Sequence record: NC_048792.1
Reading direction: 5' to 3' (one strand)
Length of the DNA stretch: 64,000 bases
Shown: positions 37,172 through 47,736 of the stretch, in pieces
Numbering within the stretch: the stretch's first letter is position 1
Layout: each line of letters opens with the position of its first letter
The notes under the pieces: generated by a model
Database searches by the model: none
Seen by the model: the letters and a program-made list of their open reading frames with translations, nothing else
What the model was told of the DNA's origin: nothing
Position numbers and translations under genes: made by a program

Positions 37172-38497
37172 ATGAGCGCAGAGAACAAAAAGAAACTGAC
37201 TACGATCTATAAAGAGATCATGATCGCATTAGGTTTCGAAGTTGATTCCAAGATGCACGTACTACTGAACGAGGCCGGGGTGAAAACCCCGTTCACGATC
37301 AAAGGTAAGCAACTGACCATCCCGACCGATGAGTGGTTGAAGAATCCGGACTACGATAACCAGATCCCGTTCCATCCTCTGTCTGAGAACGTACGTCGTA
37401 AGAAATCCGAAGTCCAGGAACGTCTGGCGCTGGCGGTTTCTAATCGGGTATATCGCGTAACCTGCACTCTGCTGAACTTCATCTTCACGCTGGCGCTGGA
37501 TACTGACAAACACCCGCAGTTGACTCCGGAACAACGTGAGTATCTGCGCGACGTGCCGGACGTGACCAAGAAGACGCTGACTGCGGTGCAAAAACTGATC
37601 CAGGAGAAAGTAGACTTCAAAGGTCAGTATGCCCTGGTCAACATGTTCGTGAAACGTAGCGGCCTGTGGAAGGGTGAGGAATATCCTCGTGTCTGTACGA
37701 CCACCTTCCCGATCATGGATGAAGAACATTCTCCGGAAAAGAAAATCTTCGACGTACCGTTCCTGGTTCGTGATCGCAGTACTTTCTTCAAGGTGATGCG
37801 TCGGATCTTCCCGAACATCGATACTTCCATGGACGACTATTCTTACGGTAGCCGTTCTCAGGTAGCGCCAAACTTCCACAGTTTGATGATGGCGTTCTCT
37901 CTGCTGGCCAATGACCTGAACAAGGTCACCAAAGTATTCTGCGAAGACTTCGCGGAGCTGGAAGGTTGTATCATCCAGACCAACTGGGTGAAAAACATGG
38001 CCGACCTGAACGACTACAAAAACGATATCCCGCCACTGGACGGTAATATCGGTGAAGCGAATGAAGATGAACTCGCTGAGATGAAGTCTCGTCAGGAAGA
38101 GAAAGTTAAACGTGAAGAGCGTCGTACTCTGCGTCGTGAAGTGTCTGCAGGTCGCCAGAGTATCCTGCGTCCTCGTGACGAAGGTAACCGCTTCGTGCGT
38201 CAGGAAGAAAGTCGTGAAGATGAAAGAACTGTTAGCTGGCGTGGTCGCGCTGGTCGGGACGACGATCGCGGATATGGTCGTGAAGATCGTTATCGCAGCC
38301 GTCGTGATGACCGCTACGACGATCGTGATCGTGGCCGGGATAGTCGCTATCGTGATGAACGTGATGACCGCGGATTCGGTCGTCGAGACGACCGCTATAG
38401 CCGTGAAGACCGGTTCAGTCGCGATGATCGCCGAGATACTCGCGGCGGTAATGACGATTCCTGGTTCGACAACGTAAGTACTCGTCGCCGTTGGTAA
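37172..38497 (+). CDS. Conserved protein (phiKZ gp70 position) with an Arg/Asp/Glu-rich low-complexity C-terminus
   Basis: 441 aa. The last ~120 aa are RD/RE/GR repeats. Confidence 0.65.
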   Translation: MSAENKKKLTTIYKEIMIALGFEVDSKMHVLLNEAGVKTPFTIKGKQLTIPTDEWLKNPDYDNQIPFHPLSENVRRKKSEVQERLALAVSNRVYRVTCTLLNFIFTLALDTDKHPQLTPEQREYLRDVPDVTKKTLTAVQKLIQEKVDFKGQYALVNMFVKRSGLWKGEEYPRVCTTTFPIMDEEHSPEKKIFDVPFLVRDRSTFFKVMRRIFPNIDTSMDDYSYGSRSQVAPNFHSLMMAFSLLANDLNKVTKVFCEDFAELEGCIIQTNWVKNMADLNDYKNDIPPLDGNIGEANEDELAEMKSRQEEKVKREERRTLRREVSAGRQSILRPRDEGNRFVRQEESREDERTVSWRGRAGRDDDRGYGREDRYRSRRDDRYDDRDRGRDSRYRDERDDRGFGRRDDRYSREDRFSRDDRRDTRGGNDDSWFDNVSTRRRW

Positions 38498-38550
38498 GTT
38501 AAACATAGAGGAGGGGTAAAGCCCTCCTCCCTATTTTGTTCGAGGAAACT

Positions 38551-38760
38551 ATGTCTGGATGTAAAGAAGTTAGCGGTATTGTGAAAGAAGCTGTTCTGTT
38601 ATACGGGGAAGTTCTTGAGCTATCTCTGTGGCGCCAGGTTCAGGTTGCAAAAGAGAAATCGATTGACGATGAAACTATCGCAGCCGTATTGGATATCTCG
38701 GTTGAAGAAGTCCAACAGTATTCCAACTCCACCGAAGCAGAAGTCGTTCGTTGGTTCTGA
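38551..38760 (+). CDS. Small helix-turn-helix protein
   Basis: ETIAAVLDISVEEVQQY. GAGGA RBS supports ATG at 38551. Confidence 0.55.
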   Translation: MSGCKEVSGIVKEAVLLYGEVLELSLWRQVQVAKEKSIDDETIAAVLDISVEEVQQYSNSTEAEVVRWF

Positions 38761-38863
38761 CATAGCCCTCTCTACCTATTAAGGTAGAGAGGGGATCTAT
38801 GCTTAGTCGATTTATTTTTTTTACGTAAATAGGTCGCAATTTACGCCGGCTACACTTGATTTG

Positions 38864-39211
38864 TTAACTGGCTTTAAAGGCCAAATACTTTTCCATCAGG
38901 GTTTCAATCTTACCATCTTTAGGGATGAGTATCTCATGCCAATTCTCATCGAACTGAATCGGTGAGGTCATGTTATTAACTCTGAGGATCGTGTAGTAGT
39001 ACTCCGGTTTATTGGCGTTCACTACATCGCGAAGGAATGCATAAAAGCGGCCGTAATAACGGTGAGCTTCCATCCCGCTGACTTTGTGAAGATTAGAGTT
39101 TGCCGGATCTTGGAGCCACTGCAAATGATCTTCTACGATATTGTAGAACCCGCGTTCGTAGTAGATAGCTGGCCCAGGATTATTCATTGCGTCGATTAAG
39201 TTAGTCGCCAT
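38864..39211 (-). CDS. Small conserved protein, LysM/T4 gp53-like (tentative virion protein)
   Basis: YYYTILRVNNMTSPIQFDENWHEILIP. Confidence 0.5.
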   Translation of the reverse strand: MATNLIDAMNNPGPAIYYERGFYNIVEDHLQWLQDPANSNLHKVSGMEAHRYYGRFYAFLRDVVNANKPEYYYTILRVNNMTSPIQFDENWHEILIPKDGKIETLMEKYLAFKAS

Positions 39212-39238
39212 GATGATTTCCTAAAATGATTTCATGTA

Positions 39239-39254
39239 TATATTACCTAAATGA
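39239..39254 (+). promoter_or_regulatory. Early promoter TATATTAC-N5-TGA
   Basis: aaaatgatttcatgtaTATATTACctaaaTGA. Confidence 0.8.
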
Positions 39255-39331
39255 TAGGTAAATCAAAACAAAAGAAAGGTGTTGGTTTAAAAGCCAACAC
39301 CCGTATTATTCACTATTCCATCGAGGAGCGT

Positions 39332-41581
39332 ATGACTGAATATCAGATGTCGGAACTAGAGCAAGGACAAGTGGACGTAAGGGTAGCGGGAACAGCGACC
39401 AACTTGGCACCGTATGCTCCGTGTACATCTCCAAGTCGTCTGGTGATGTTAGGTTCTCAGATTCAGCAGAAGCTGTTGACCAAAGGACTGAAGCGTCAAC
39501 GATTCTTCACCGGTGTTGAACACGAATATGCCAAGTATACTTTTGGCGTTAAAGTGGACGAGCCGGTAGAGATCATCGCAGCAATCGATAAATATAATGT
39601 CGGGTTCGGTGAGCGTAGTTTCAAATATAACCCAACTCGGTATCTGTTCGTCTTCAACGTGAAGAAGCAAGAATATGACTTGATGGAAGTCACTAAGTAT
39701 TGCTCTCATCACAATAACTTTGGTTTTGAGTTCGACATCAATGAAGAAGCGATGTTCCGTACTCAAGCGGGTAACGTACTTCAAGCAAATACCTGGTTGA
39801 CAAAAAGTCCTGGTGTTATGCCTGAGGGCGACTATATCTTCGGTACCCCAACCAAAACGGCGTTCATGTCGTCGCACTATGTTACCGAGGATGGTTTCAT
39901 GGTGTCTCAGGAGTGGTGTGAGGAAAACACTACGACTGGCTATGGCGAGATTGTCATCAACGTACCTAAGGGTAAGTATCTGACTAACAGCTATGGGTCG
40001 AAAGGATCGTATATTCCGTTCCCAGGTCCGGGTGATAAGATCCGTCCAGATGGACTGATTGCATCTCTTCGGGATTATGACGATATCCTGGGTGCGGTAG
40101 AGATGACCGAAGACGCCATGGGTACAGTGGATCACTTCTTCGATGAGCGTTATTACATCGAGGCGGGTTCTCTGAATGCCCGTGTACTGGATGTCGATAT
40201 CTGGTGTACTGATGGCGACGGCGTTGATAAGATGCCGACGTTTGAAGCCACTGGTCCGAATGAGTCTGACTATATCGACAAGTTCTGGAAAGCTAAGCAG
40301 AAGTTCCACAAGCAAGTGGATGCTGCCTATACGCTGATCAAGAACCGTAGCCGTGGGAAACCTCGTCTGAGCCGTGCACTTCATCGGTTCATTACAGACT
40401 CCCGTGACTTCATGCTGACCAAACCAGGGAAGCGTCGTTATCGTTACAAGAACACTCCGATCCCAACGGTGCGTATTGCGATTCGTTTCATGTACGATAT
40501 CGTGCCGACGATCGGTTTCAAATTAACCAATATGTACGGTGGCAAGGGCGTAATCTGTCGCATTAAACCGCGTTCGGAGATGCCAACTTATCCTGATGGT
40601 ACAGTTGCTGATTTCATCGGCGATGGCTTAAGTACTATCAACCGTATGAACCCGTCGGTCTTGTTCGAGCATTACATGAACTATAAGGCCGAAGAGGTTG
40701 AGAAGAAAGTCCGGGACTTCGTTGATCAGGATCGTTGGGAAGATGCCTTCGATATTCTGATGACGTATTATCGGGCAGGTGTTCCGCTGTATTACAACAA
40801 GATCGTTTCTCAGAACTGGTCGGAGAAGCGTCGTCGTGAGCATGTGAAAGCTGTCTATGACGATAAGATCTTTGCGTATATGCCGCCGAATACTCCTGGG
40901 TTAGGTATTGAGCAAATTGGTCGGGTTGAAGATGCGTTACCTTCTAAGGTAGAGCATGTAACCTGGATCGGCGATTTGGGTCGTGAAGAACGTAGTGTTG
41001 ATCCAGTAATGATCGGAGACATGTATATCATGGTGCTCGAGAAAACTGGTCACGACTGGTCTGCAGTCGATGTACCGAAACGTCAGGTACACGGCGTTCC
41101 AACTAAGGTGAGTGCTCGCGATAAGCACAACTTACCATATCGTCAGTCTCCGCTCCGATTCTTCGGTGAAGCAGAGATCCGTAACTATTCAGGTATCCTG
41201 GGTGGTGACTGGGCTGCCGATATGTTGGATCGTGCAAACAATCCGAAAGCTCAAGAAGCAATCTGGAAACAGGTTATCGAGAATGAACGTCCAACCGATC
41301 TGGACATCACTATCGATCGTAATCAGATCCCAGTCGGCAACTCGTTGTCTCTGAGTTATCTGAACAATGCGATGTATTGTAACGGCGCTCAGTTCGCATA
41401 TGCTGAAGTCGATACTGCATCGGATCTGGAAATCGAGATGCTTCGTAAATACCCTGATCCAATCAACCGCCCACGGGTAAGTTCATTGGCTAAGTCCTTG
41501 GAAGAAGTCGTCGAGGATGAGGACGAAGAAGAGTACATTGAACCTGAAGCTGACTACGACGATGAAGGTGAAGAAGAGTGA
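39332..41581 (+). CDS. Non-virion RNAP beta C-terminal subunit (phiKZ gp71-73-like), uninterrupted
   Basis: GFKLTNMYGGKGVI, NPSVLFEH, GDMYIMVLEK and RFFGEAE. GAGGAG RBS before 39332. Confidence 0.9.
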   Translation: MTEYQMSELEQGQVDVRVAGTATNLAPYAPCTSPSRLVMLGSQIQQKLLTKGLKRQRFFTGVEHEYAKYTFGVKVDEPVEIIAAIDKYNVGFGERSFKYNPTRYLFVFNVKKQEYDLMEVTKYCSHHNNFGFEFDINEEAMFRTQAGNVLQANTWLTKSPGVMPEGDYIFGTPTKTAFMSSHYVTEDGFMVSQEWCEENTTTGYGEIVINVPKGKYLTNSYGSKGSYIPFPGPGDKIRPDGLIASLRDYDDILGAVEMTEDAMGTVDHFFDERYYIEAGSLNARVLDVDIWCTDGDGVDKMPTFEATGPNESDYIDKFWKAKQKFHKQVDAAYTLIKNRSRGKPRLSRALHRFITDSRDFMLTKPGKRRYRYKNTPIPTVRIAIRFMYDIVPTIGFKLTNMYGGKGVICRIKPRSEMPTYPDGTVADFIGDGLSTINRMNPSVLFEHYMNYKAEEVEKKVRDFVDQDRWEDAFDILMTYYRAGVPLYYNKIVSQNWSEKRRREHVKAVYDDKIFAYMPPNTPGLGIEQIGRVEDALPSKVEHVTWIGDLGREERSVDPVMIGDMYIMVLEKTGHDWSAVDVPKRQVHGVPTKVSARDKHNLPYRQSPLRFFGEAEIRNYSGILGGDWAADMLDRANNPKAQEAIWKQVIENERPTDLDITIDRNQIPVGNSLSLSYLNNAMYCNGAQFAYAEVDTASDLEIEMLRKYPDPINRPRVSSLAKSLEEVVEDEDEEEYIEPEADYDDEGEEE

Positions 41582-43569
41582 AAACCCGTTACGCTCGTGA
41601 ATTAGTTAACTGGCAAGAACGTGAGATCTGGGCACACGCAGAAGACCCAGAGGAATTCATTATCGTCTTTGATGATGGTGAGTTACCAACTCATTGGGAA
41701 CAGGTTTTAGTATCCTGGTATTTCTGGCAGTATCACCGGGAATATCCGAACGTACCATTGGAACTGAAGCACTTCCTTTGGGACGATCGACTGGAACCTG
41801 GCATGGAAGACAAGCTCCGTAACCGCGGCATGAACTCTGTTCTAGCGGTGCATCCGGAAACCGATCGTGAAGATCTGCAAGCGACTGCATATCGGTTGTC
41901 TAACATGCTTCACAACGCATTCTCGTCTGAAGGGGAAAGTTATCAGGCTTCTGTAGATGCACTGGCGTTGTTGCAAATCCACAGAGATCCGGATATCTCT
42001 AAAGCGTTGAACGAAACCCGCCACACCAAGGCGGGGATTAACGAACTGTACTCTCGTATCAATAAGGTCTTGATGGATAAACCGAGTCTTCGGTTCAATC
42101 CGATGGTTGCAGCTAACCGCAACAAACAAATCAAGATCGCTCAGTTTGACCAGGTAGTCGGCGCCAGGGGATTCTGTTCTGAGATCGATCAGACCATTTT
42201 CCCAACCATGGTATCGTCTGGGTTCTCTCGCGGTCTACATCGACTGTCTCATTATCTGATGTGTAGTCGAGATGCATCTAAAGCGATGCAAGCAACCGAT
42301 GACCCGGTAAAACAAACTGAGTATTATAACCGAGAGCTGCAGCTCTTTACGTTCGTCGTGAAAAGTATCTGGGTTGGTGACTGTGGTTCCACCGAGACAG
42401 TTCCGTGGTTAGTGGAAGCTGATGAGCTGGATACAATCCTGCCAGGGAAACGCTATGTAGCAGAAGACGGCACGTTGAAGATGATCAAGCCGAGCGATCG
42501 TCATCTCCGTGGTAAAGTCATTCAGCTGCGTAACGTAGCCAGCTGTTGGCATCCGGACGATGGGGTAATCTGTAGCACCTGTATGGGTGATATCGGTGAG
42601 TCCATCCAGCGCGGTACCAACCTCGGTCATGCCTGTACTGTAACTCAGAACGAACGTGTATCTCAGGACGTAATCTCAACGAAGCACTTATTGATCTCTG
42701 CGACCAGTGAAGGCTTTGAAGTAGATCCGTTCTATTCGGAGTATCTGGTTAACGCCGGTGACATCTCCGAGATCATGTTCTCCACGGGTGTTTGGGATAA
42801 ACGCGTAGAGATCGAAATTGATCTGGCTGATATCCCTCGTCTGTCCGACATCACTGTAATGAAGAACCTGAGTAACGCAGAGCTGGCACGCTTCTCTGTT
42901 ATTCGTAGTTTGACATTGCTGATCCATAACGACGATGAAGATAAGTCTATCACGACAGTCATCGTACCTACATCCCATGGCTCCTATCGTCCGTTCCTGA
43001 CGGAAGTGATGGTTAAGCACATGCTGGATTACGGTTATGAAACGTTAGGGAAGAAGATTAAGATCGACATGACTAACTGGGATAACACAGAGTCCATCCT
43101 GCGATTCCCAGAACGTCACCAATCTACCCTGGAGCTGATGGCTGAACTGAAGTCTGCATTGTTCATGTCTACCAAAGAATCGAAAGCTAAGCTGCGCTAT
43201 GACCTGACTGACCCGGACATTCTGTCCATGGCCATGAAGGACATGTGTGAGATGACTAACCGTAAGTTCTCGGTTAACTTGGCAATCGTCGAAATGGTAC
43301 TCTATGCGATGATGTCTCGTGATCCTGCCAACGGCGATTATCGTCTGCCGAAGAAAGGAACTGGGCGTTGGTTTGATTCTAAATCCAACATTATGAACGG
43401 GCGCTCCTTGTCCGTTAAGTCCAGTTACGAGCAGCAGTATGAAATGCTTCAGTCTGCGAGCAGTTACACGAACCCAGTTAGACCTTCGCATCCATTTGAT
43501 TATCTACTTGTGGATGTAGAGGGTTGGCGTCGTAAGCATCGCCGTAACGGTACTGAGATAAAGACGTAA
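41578..43569 (+). CDS. Non-virion RNAP beta-prime C-terminal subunit (phiKZ gp74-like)
   Basis: VGARGF, GDCGS, zinc site CWHP...CSTCMG, and trigger-loop-like SQDVISTKH. Confidence 0.88.
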   Translation: MKTRYARELVNWQEREIWAHAEDPEEFIIVFDDGELPTHWEQVLVSWYFWQYHREYPNVPLELKHFLWDDRLEPGMEDKLRNRGMNSVLAVHPETDREDLQATAYRLSNMLHNAFSSEGESYQASVDALALLQIHRDPDISKALNETRHTKAGINELYSRINKVLMDKPSLRFNPMVAANRNKQIKIAQFDQVVGARGFCSEIDQTIFPTMVSSGFSRGLHRLSHYLMCSRDASKAMQATDDPVKQTEYYNRELQLFTFVVKSIWVGDCGSTETVPWLVEADELDTILPGKRYVAEDGTLKMIKPSDRHLRGKVIQLRNVASCWHPDDGVICSTCMGDIGESIQRGTNLGHACTVTQNERVSQDVISTKHLLISATSEGFEVDPFYSEYLVNAGDISEIMFSTGVWDKRVEIEIDLADIPRLSDITVMKNLSNAELARFSVIRSLTLLIHNDDEDKSITTVIVPTSHGSYRPFLTEVMVKHMLDYGYETLGKKIKIDMTNWDNTESILRFPERHQSTLELMAELKSALFMSTKESKAKLRYDLTDPDILSMAMKDMCEMTNRKFSVNLAIVEMVLYAMMSRDPANGDYRLPKKGTGRWFDSKSNIMNGRSLSVKSSYEQQYEMLQSASSYTNPVRPSHPFDYLLVDVEGWRRKHRRNGTEIKT

Positions 43570-43686
43570 TAACGTCATAAGGGGAGCTTCGGCTCCCTTT
43601 CTTTTTTTGTTTTCACCATGAGGGAGGGCGTAAGAAAGCACGTATCCGCTTCTAGTTATGGAGCGATATTTTCTACGAGGACTGTT

Positions 43687-45204
43687 ATGGTAGAGTTTAA
43701 GATCACTCGATACAGTCACTATTTCTCAGTGGCGGCGATAACTGCCAAGGCTCGCGGATTCCGTAGGTCTATAGCAGAGACGCTTATCGAGAGTAACCTA
43801 ACCAAGAAACGTGGACGCTTTGTCCAAGAGCAAAAAAGGATCTATGCTCGTCGTGACTTGGAAAGAGAAGAAATCTGTTTCCATGATAACCTCTGGGAAG
43901 AGTTCTATCAAAAGGCGATGTATGAGGGATTCAATGAAGACTCTTTTGAGATTGACGTTGTCCCGATGTACGAGCCTGTTAAGTTTGAGATGTCAATAGA
44001 TGCAACGCCATGGCCAGAGCAATTACCTGTAATTGATTTCTGTCTTGCAGAAGGGAAACAGAAAGTCGTAACCGCCCAGCCTGGGTTCGGTAAGACGATG
44101 ATCTCCCTTTACGTTGCCGCCCAGATGGGTGTACGGTTCGCCGTCGTTACATTAGGTGGCTACGAAGACCGATGGGTTCCTGAGATGTATCGTCTCTTAG
44201 GATTTGAGCCTAGCGAAGTTCGGTCTTGTTGCGGTTGTACTAAACTCTATAAGCTTCTGCGTGAAGTTAAAGAGACTGGGATTCCCGATGTTAAAGCAAT
44301 CTTCCTCTCCACTGCAACGTTGCGTGATTTCTTCAAGAATTACAAAAACGGTAAGGTGGTAGGTACGGGTTGCGAAGATATTGATCCCCGTGACATTTGG
44401 GAAGTACTGGGCGTTGGTCTAAGGATCACTGACGAAGCTCACAAAGACTTCCATGCAAACTTTATAGCTGATCTCTTTAGCCATGTTCCTAGGACTATTT
44501 ATCTGACCGCTACGTTGTTCTCTAATCAGGACTTCATGAAGCGAATGTACGAGATTTTACTCCCTCGTAAGTTCCGGAAAGAAGGCGGTAAGTTGAATGT
44601 CTACGTTGAGACTGTTCGTGTTCTGTATCGTCTCAAAGACCCTAGTAAGGTTAGGTTCAATGGCGGACAAGGGAGTTATTCCCACACGGCTTATGAAGCG
44701 TGGATAATGAAAGATGCCGAAAGAGAAAAGAACTACATCGAAGCTATCTATAAGTACGCTTTGAATCAATGGGTTCTGAGTAAACTAGACGGCCACAAAC
44801 TACTGATCTTTGCTGCTACGATAGAGCTTTGTCAGAAAATCAGGGACTTGTTACAACAACGACTACCTGACCTGATTATCAATAGTTATACGGCTGGGGA
44901 CGATTATCAGATTCTTCTGGATTCTGACATCATCGTTTCTACAATCGGTAAATCCGGTACTGCAGTAGATATTCCTGACTTGACTCAGGCTATCATGACC
45001 GTAGCTATCGATTCACCGAATGCTAACGTTCAGGCGTTGGGTCGTTTACGTGAACTGAAGGGTGACAAGAAGTTCCCTCAGATCTTCCATTACTTTGTCT
45101 GTATGGATATTCAGAAACAGATCGACTATGCCAAGAGTAAGGAACGGCTGTTCAGCAATCGTGTAACGAAGGTTAGGACAGAACACTTACCTGGTGTCAT
45201 TTGA
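43687..45204 (+). CDS. SF2 helicase (phiKZ gp75-like)
   Basis: AQPGFGKT, DEAH, YLTAT, STIGKSGTAVDIP and QALGRLR. Confidence 0.85.
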   Translation: MVEFKITRYSHYFSVAAITAKARGFRRSIAETLIESNLTKKRGRFVQEQKRIYARRDLEREEICFHDNLWEEFYQKAMYEGFNEDSFEIDVVPMYEPVKFEMSIDATPWPEQLPVIDFCLAEGKQKVVTAQPGFGKTMISLYVAAQMGVRFAVVTLGGYEDRWVPEMYRLLGFEPSEVRSCCGCTKLYKLLREVKETGIPDVKAIFLSTATLRDFFKNYKNGKVVGTGCEDIDPRDIWEVLGVGLRITDEAHKDFHANFIADLFSHVPRTIYLTATLFSNQDFMKRMYEILLPRKFRKEGGKLNVYVETVRVLYRLKDPSKVRFNGGQGSYSHTAYEAWIMKDAEREKNYIEAIYKYALNQWVLSKLDGHKLLIFAATIELCQKIRDLLQQRLPDLIINSYTAGDDYQILLDSDIIVSTIGKSGTAVDIPDLTQAIMTVAIDSPNANVQALGRLRELKGDKKFPQIFHYFVCMDIQKQIDYAKSKERLFSNRVTKVRTEHLPGVI

Positions 45205-45256
45205 ATCATAGGCGGAGGGGAAACCCTCCGATCTATTTTGTTTTAGGAGAAATAAC

Positions 45257-45688
45257 ATGATCGATCGTATCAAACTTAAAATATTGGGTAGAGTGGGTTC
45301 TGGTAAGACTTCCGTATTGCGATTTATTAAGCATAAGCACGGACTGGTCTCTAATGATCCTAATGTTAACGCTATTTCACTGGAGCGGGCATTGGGCGTT
45401 ATGGATGAGATTAAACGAGGTTTGCTCAAAGAGATTAATGTTAAGATCGTGAGCAAGTCAGAACCTGTGTCCGGATTAAAGAATGGAGATATGGTATTGG
45501 CTATTGAAGGTAATTTGTCCCGTGCCATTAAATGCCAATTCATGCTGGATGTAATTATCCCAGCATTAACTAGTCAGGGAATTAAATTCTCCATTGCTAG
45601 CGATCTTTCTGCTCACGTAGATAATCCTGCTGTCTTCCCTCTCGATAAAATCGATGTCTCCTACGAAGAATTATACCCAAGGAACTAA
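45257..45688 (+). CDS. Hypothetical protein with an N-terminal P-loop
   Basis: GRVGSGKTS. Confidence 0.55.
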   Translation: MIDRIKLKILGRVGSGKTSVLRFIKHKHGLVSNDPNVNAISLERALGVMDEIKRGLLKEINVKIVSKSEPVSGLKNGDMVLAIEGNLSRAIKCQFMLDVIIPALTSQGIKFSIASDLSAHVDNPAVFPLDKIDVSYEELYPRN

Positions 45689-46181
45689 CATGTTCGATTA
45701 TGTTGAATGCAATGATGCTAACCAATTCTTTATTCTGGCTTCGGAAAACAGCTTACATCTCCCTCGTGGGATTATGATGCGTACCATCAGAAGTGCTGCC
45801 GATGAGCCTGATTATAGTTTCAAAGGTGTCTTAGTTTACGCTAATGGTAAATGTTGTGCGCTCGGTTGTATTACCAGGAAGAAGCCAGAGGCTGCGTACA
45901 GTCTTATGCTTTACGTAAAGACCTGGTTACGCGGCATGGGTATCGGTTACGAATTAGTCCGGCAGTTAATCAAAGCGGCAGAAGGTCGTCGTGTATTCTG
46001 TTTTCCTTGGGATAGCAGAAGCGTTATCTTCTATCGTAAATGCGTCGATAAAGAAATCGTTACGTTAGATAACTTCCAGGCGTATGAACGAAGATTAGTT
46101 AGCGATGAAAGTCTTCAATGGACTTTAGGCTCGGGGGATAATAATGGCAATCGTAAGGGTGTTGAAGTCCAACGTATTTGA
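45654..46181 (+). CDS. GNAT-family acetyltransferase (start may be ATG at 45690)
   Basis: [17 protein letters not shown] acetyl-CoA motif and IFYRK. Confidence 0.7.
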   Translation: MSPTKNYTQGTNMFDYVECNDANQFFILASENSLHLPRGIMMRTIRSAADEPDYSFKGVLVYANGKCCALGCITRKKPEAAYSLMLYVKTWLRGMGIGYELVRQLIKAAEGRRVFCFPWDSRSVIFYRKCVDKEIVTLDNFQAYERRLVSDESLQWTLGSGDNNGNRKGVEVQRI

Positions 46182-46599
46182 AAGTGATCGGGAGATCATC
46201 GGAGTTACAGTTAACTGCGTCGGTGTTGCCGGGGCGGGGAATGCTAAAGAATGGAAGGAGCGCTATCCTGAGCAATATGCCAGGTACAATGCGCTATGTC
46301 GTAAAGGTAAGTTTTTCCCTGGTAGTCTCTTGTTGATGCCAACTAACGACGGGTCTGGTAAAAAGATCCTCCTGATGGCGACCAAGAAACACTGGAAAGA
46401 TAAATCTGAAATGGAGTGGGTGGCTCGTATATTCTCGGCGCTAGCGGCACGATGTGAGGAGTTTAACATCGACGAGCTGGCTATACCCTATCCCGGCTGC
46501 GGTCATGGTGGATTGAAACGTAGTGAGGTCTTCGATGTCATTCACAAGGCTATGGAAGATACGCTCGTAGAAATCGATCTGCACGATTATCGTTCTTAA
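46144..46599 (+). CDS. Macrodomain ADP-ribosylhydrolase (DarG-like)
   Basis: [18 protein letters not shown] and [10 protein letters not shown]. Confidence 0.8.
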   Translation: MAIVRVLKSNVFESDREIIGVTVNCVGVAGAGNAKEWKERYPEQYARYNALCRKGKFFPGSLLLMPTNDGSGKKILLMATKKHWKDKSEMEWVARIFSALAARCEEFNIDELAIPYPGCGHGGLKRSEVFDVIHKAMEDTLVEIDLHDYRS

Positions 46600-46660
46600 A
46601 CAACAAACGAGTAGGGCAAACGCCCTACTCTATTCACAATCGCTTATAGGGCGTCTAATC

Positions 46661-47719
46661 ATGGGTTATTACTCAGTCCTTATCTTCTTTCCTGGTTTAT
46701 TAATTATTCTGGGATCTAAGTATTTCTTTCCTCGTCAAATTACCAGGAAGGAGTTCATGGTTCAGCTGGGATGTCTTGTTGTCTCGACTGCTATAGCGAC
46801 TGCAGCATTGTCTGCCGGTCAGTTATACAAGACATCTGATTTCAATATCCTAAACGGCGTAGTTACTGATAAGAAGCGGGTAGAAGTTTCATGCGAACAT
46901 CAGTACCAGTGCGACGAAATATGCTCAGGTACCGGTAAAAATCGAAGCTGTACTCCAGTCTATTGCGATGAGCACGATAACGACTGGGATTACAACGTTT
47001 ACACTACCGTCGGTAAGTTTGAAATAAAGCGACTGGATGATCAGGGAGCTCGCACACCGCCTCGTTGGTTAGCGGCTAAGATTGGCGAGCCTGCTGCCAA
47101 AGTAGAATCGGTCACCAACTATACGTTAATCGATGATGAGCGTTATAAGGCTGAGGAAGCGAGTGAACTTAAGTACAAGGGTAAGTTACCTGATTATCCT
47201 AAGACTGAGGATTACTATCGCTATAATCGTATCGTAAATACCACCCCGTTCTCGTTCGGTTATTTGAACAACTACCTCAATCGAATGCTGATTGAATACG
47301 GTGCGAAGAAACAATTGAATGTTATCCTGGTTATTACAGAAAACGATCCTGATTACTGGAAGGCACTTCGTAGCCACTGGAAAGGGGTTCGGAAAAACGA
47401 TGTTGTATTAGTTTACGGTATCGGGGATAATAATGAGATCAAATGGTTCGAAGCAGAGACATTCGCTGACGGGGAAGGTAATCGTAGATTGATTACTGAT
47501 CTGGAAGGGATGGCGCGGAACAATCGTTTGGGTTACGATCTTGTACATCATCAGTTTGAACATATCGTTACCGAGTATGTCCGTAAACCGAACGCCGAGT
47601 TCGCGTATATGGCCAGTAATTACTCACCGCCTATTTGGTGGATTGTTCTAATCATTTTCATCAACATGCTCGTCACTGGTGGCGTGGCTATATACTTCAA
47701 AGACAACAGAGTCTTTTAA
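46661..47719 (+). CDS. Membrane protein with a Cys-rich periplasmic segment and a TPM-like domain
   Basis: Two N-terminal TM helices, CEHQYQC...C...C motif, WKGVRKNDVVLVYG, and a C-terminal TM helix. Confidence 0.6.
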   Translation: MGYYSVLIFFPGLLIILGSKYFFPRQITRKEFMVQLGCLVVSTAIATAALSAGQLYKTSDFNILNGVVTDKKRVEVSCEHQYQCDEICSGTGKNRSCTPVYCDEHDNDWDYNVYTTVGKFEIKRLDDQGARTPPRWLAAKIGEPAAKVESVTNYTLIDDERYKAEEASELKYKGKLPDYPKTEDYYRYNRIVNTTPFSFGYLNNYLNRMLIEYGAKKQLNVILVITENDPDYWKALRSHWKGVRKNDVVLVYGIGDNNEIKWFEAETFADGEGNRRLITDLEGMARNNRLGYDLVHHQFEHIVTEYVRKPNAEFAYMASNYSPPIWWIVLIIFINMLVTGGVAIYFKDNRVF

Positions 47720-47736
47720 TTAAGGAATAAAATACC

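Noticed and set aside
27676-43569. Introns, inteins or homing endonucleases in the nvRNAP or DNA polymerase genes, as occur in phiKZ
   Set aside because: All reading frames are continuous and of expected length, with no intein splice motifs or embedded HNH/LAGLIDADG ORFs seen.
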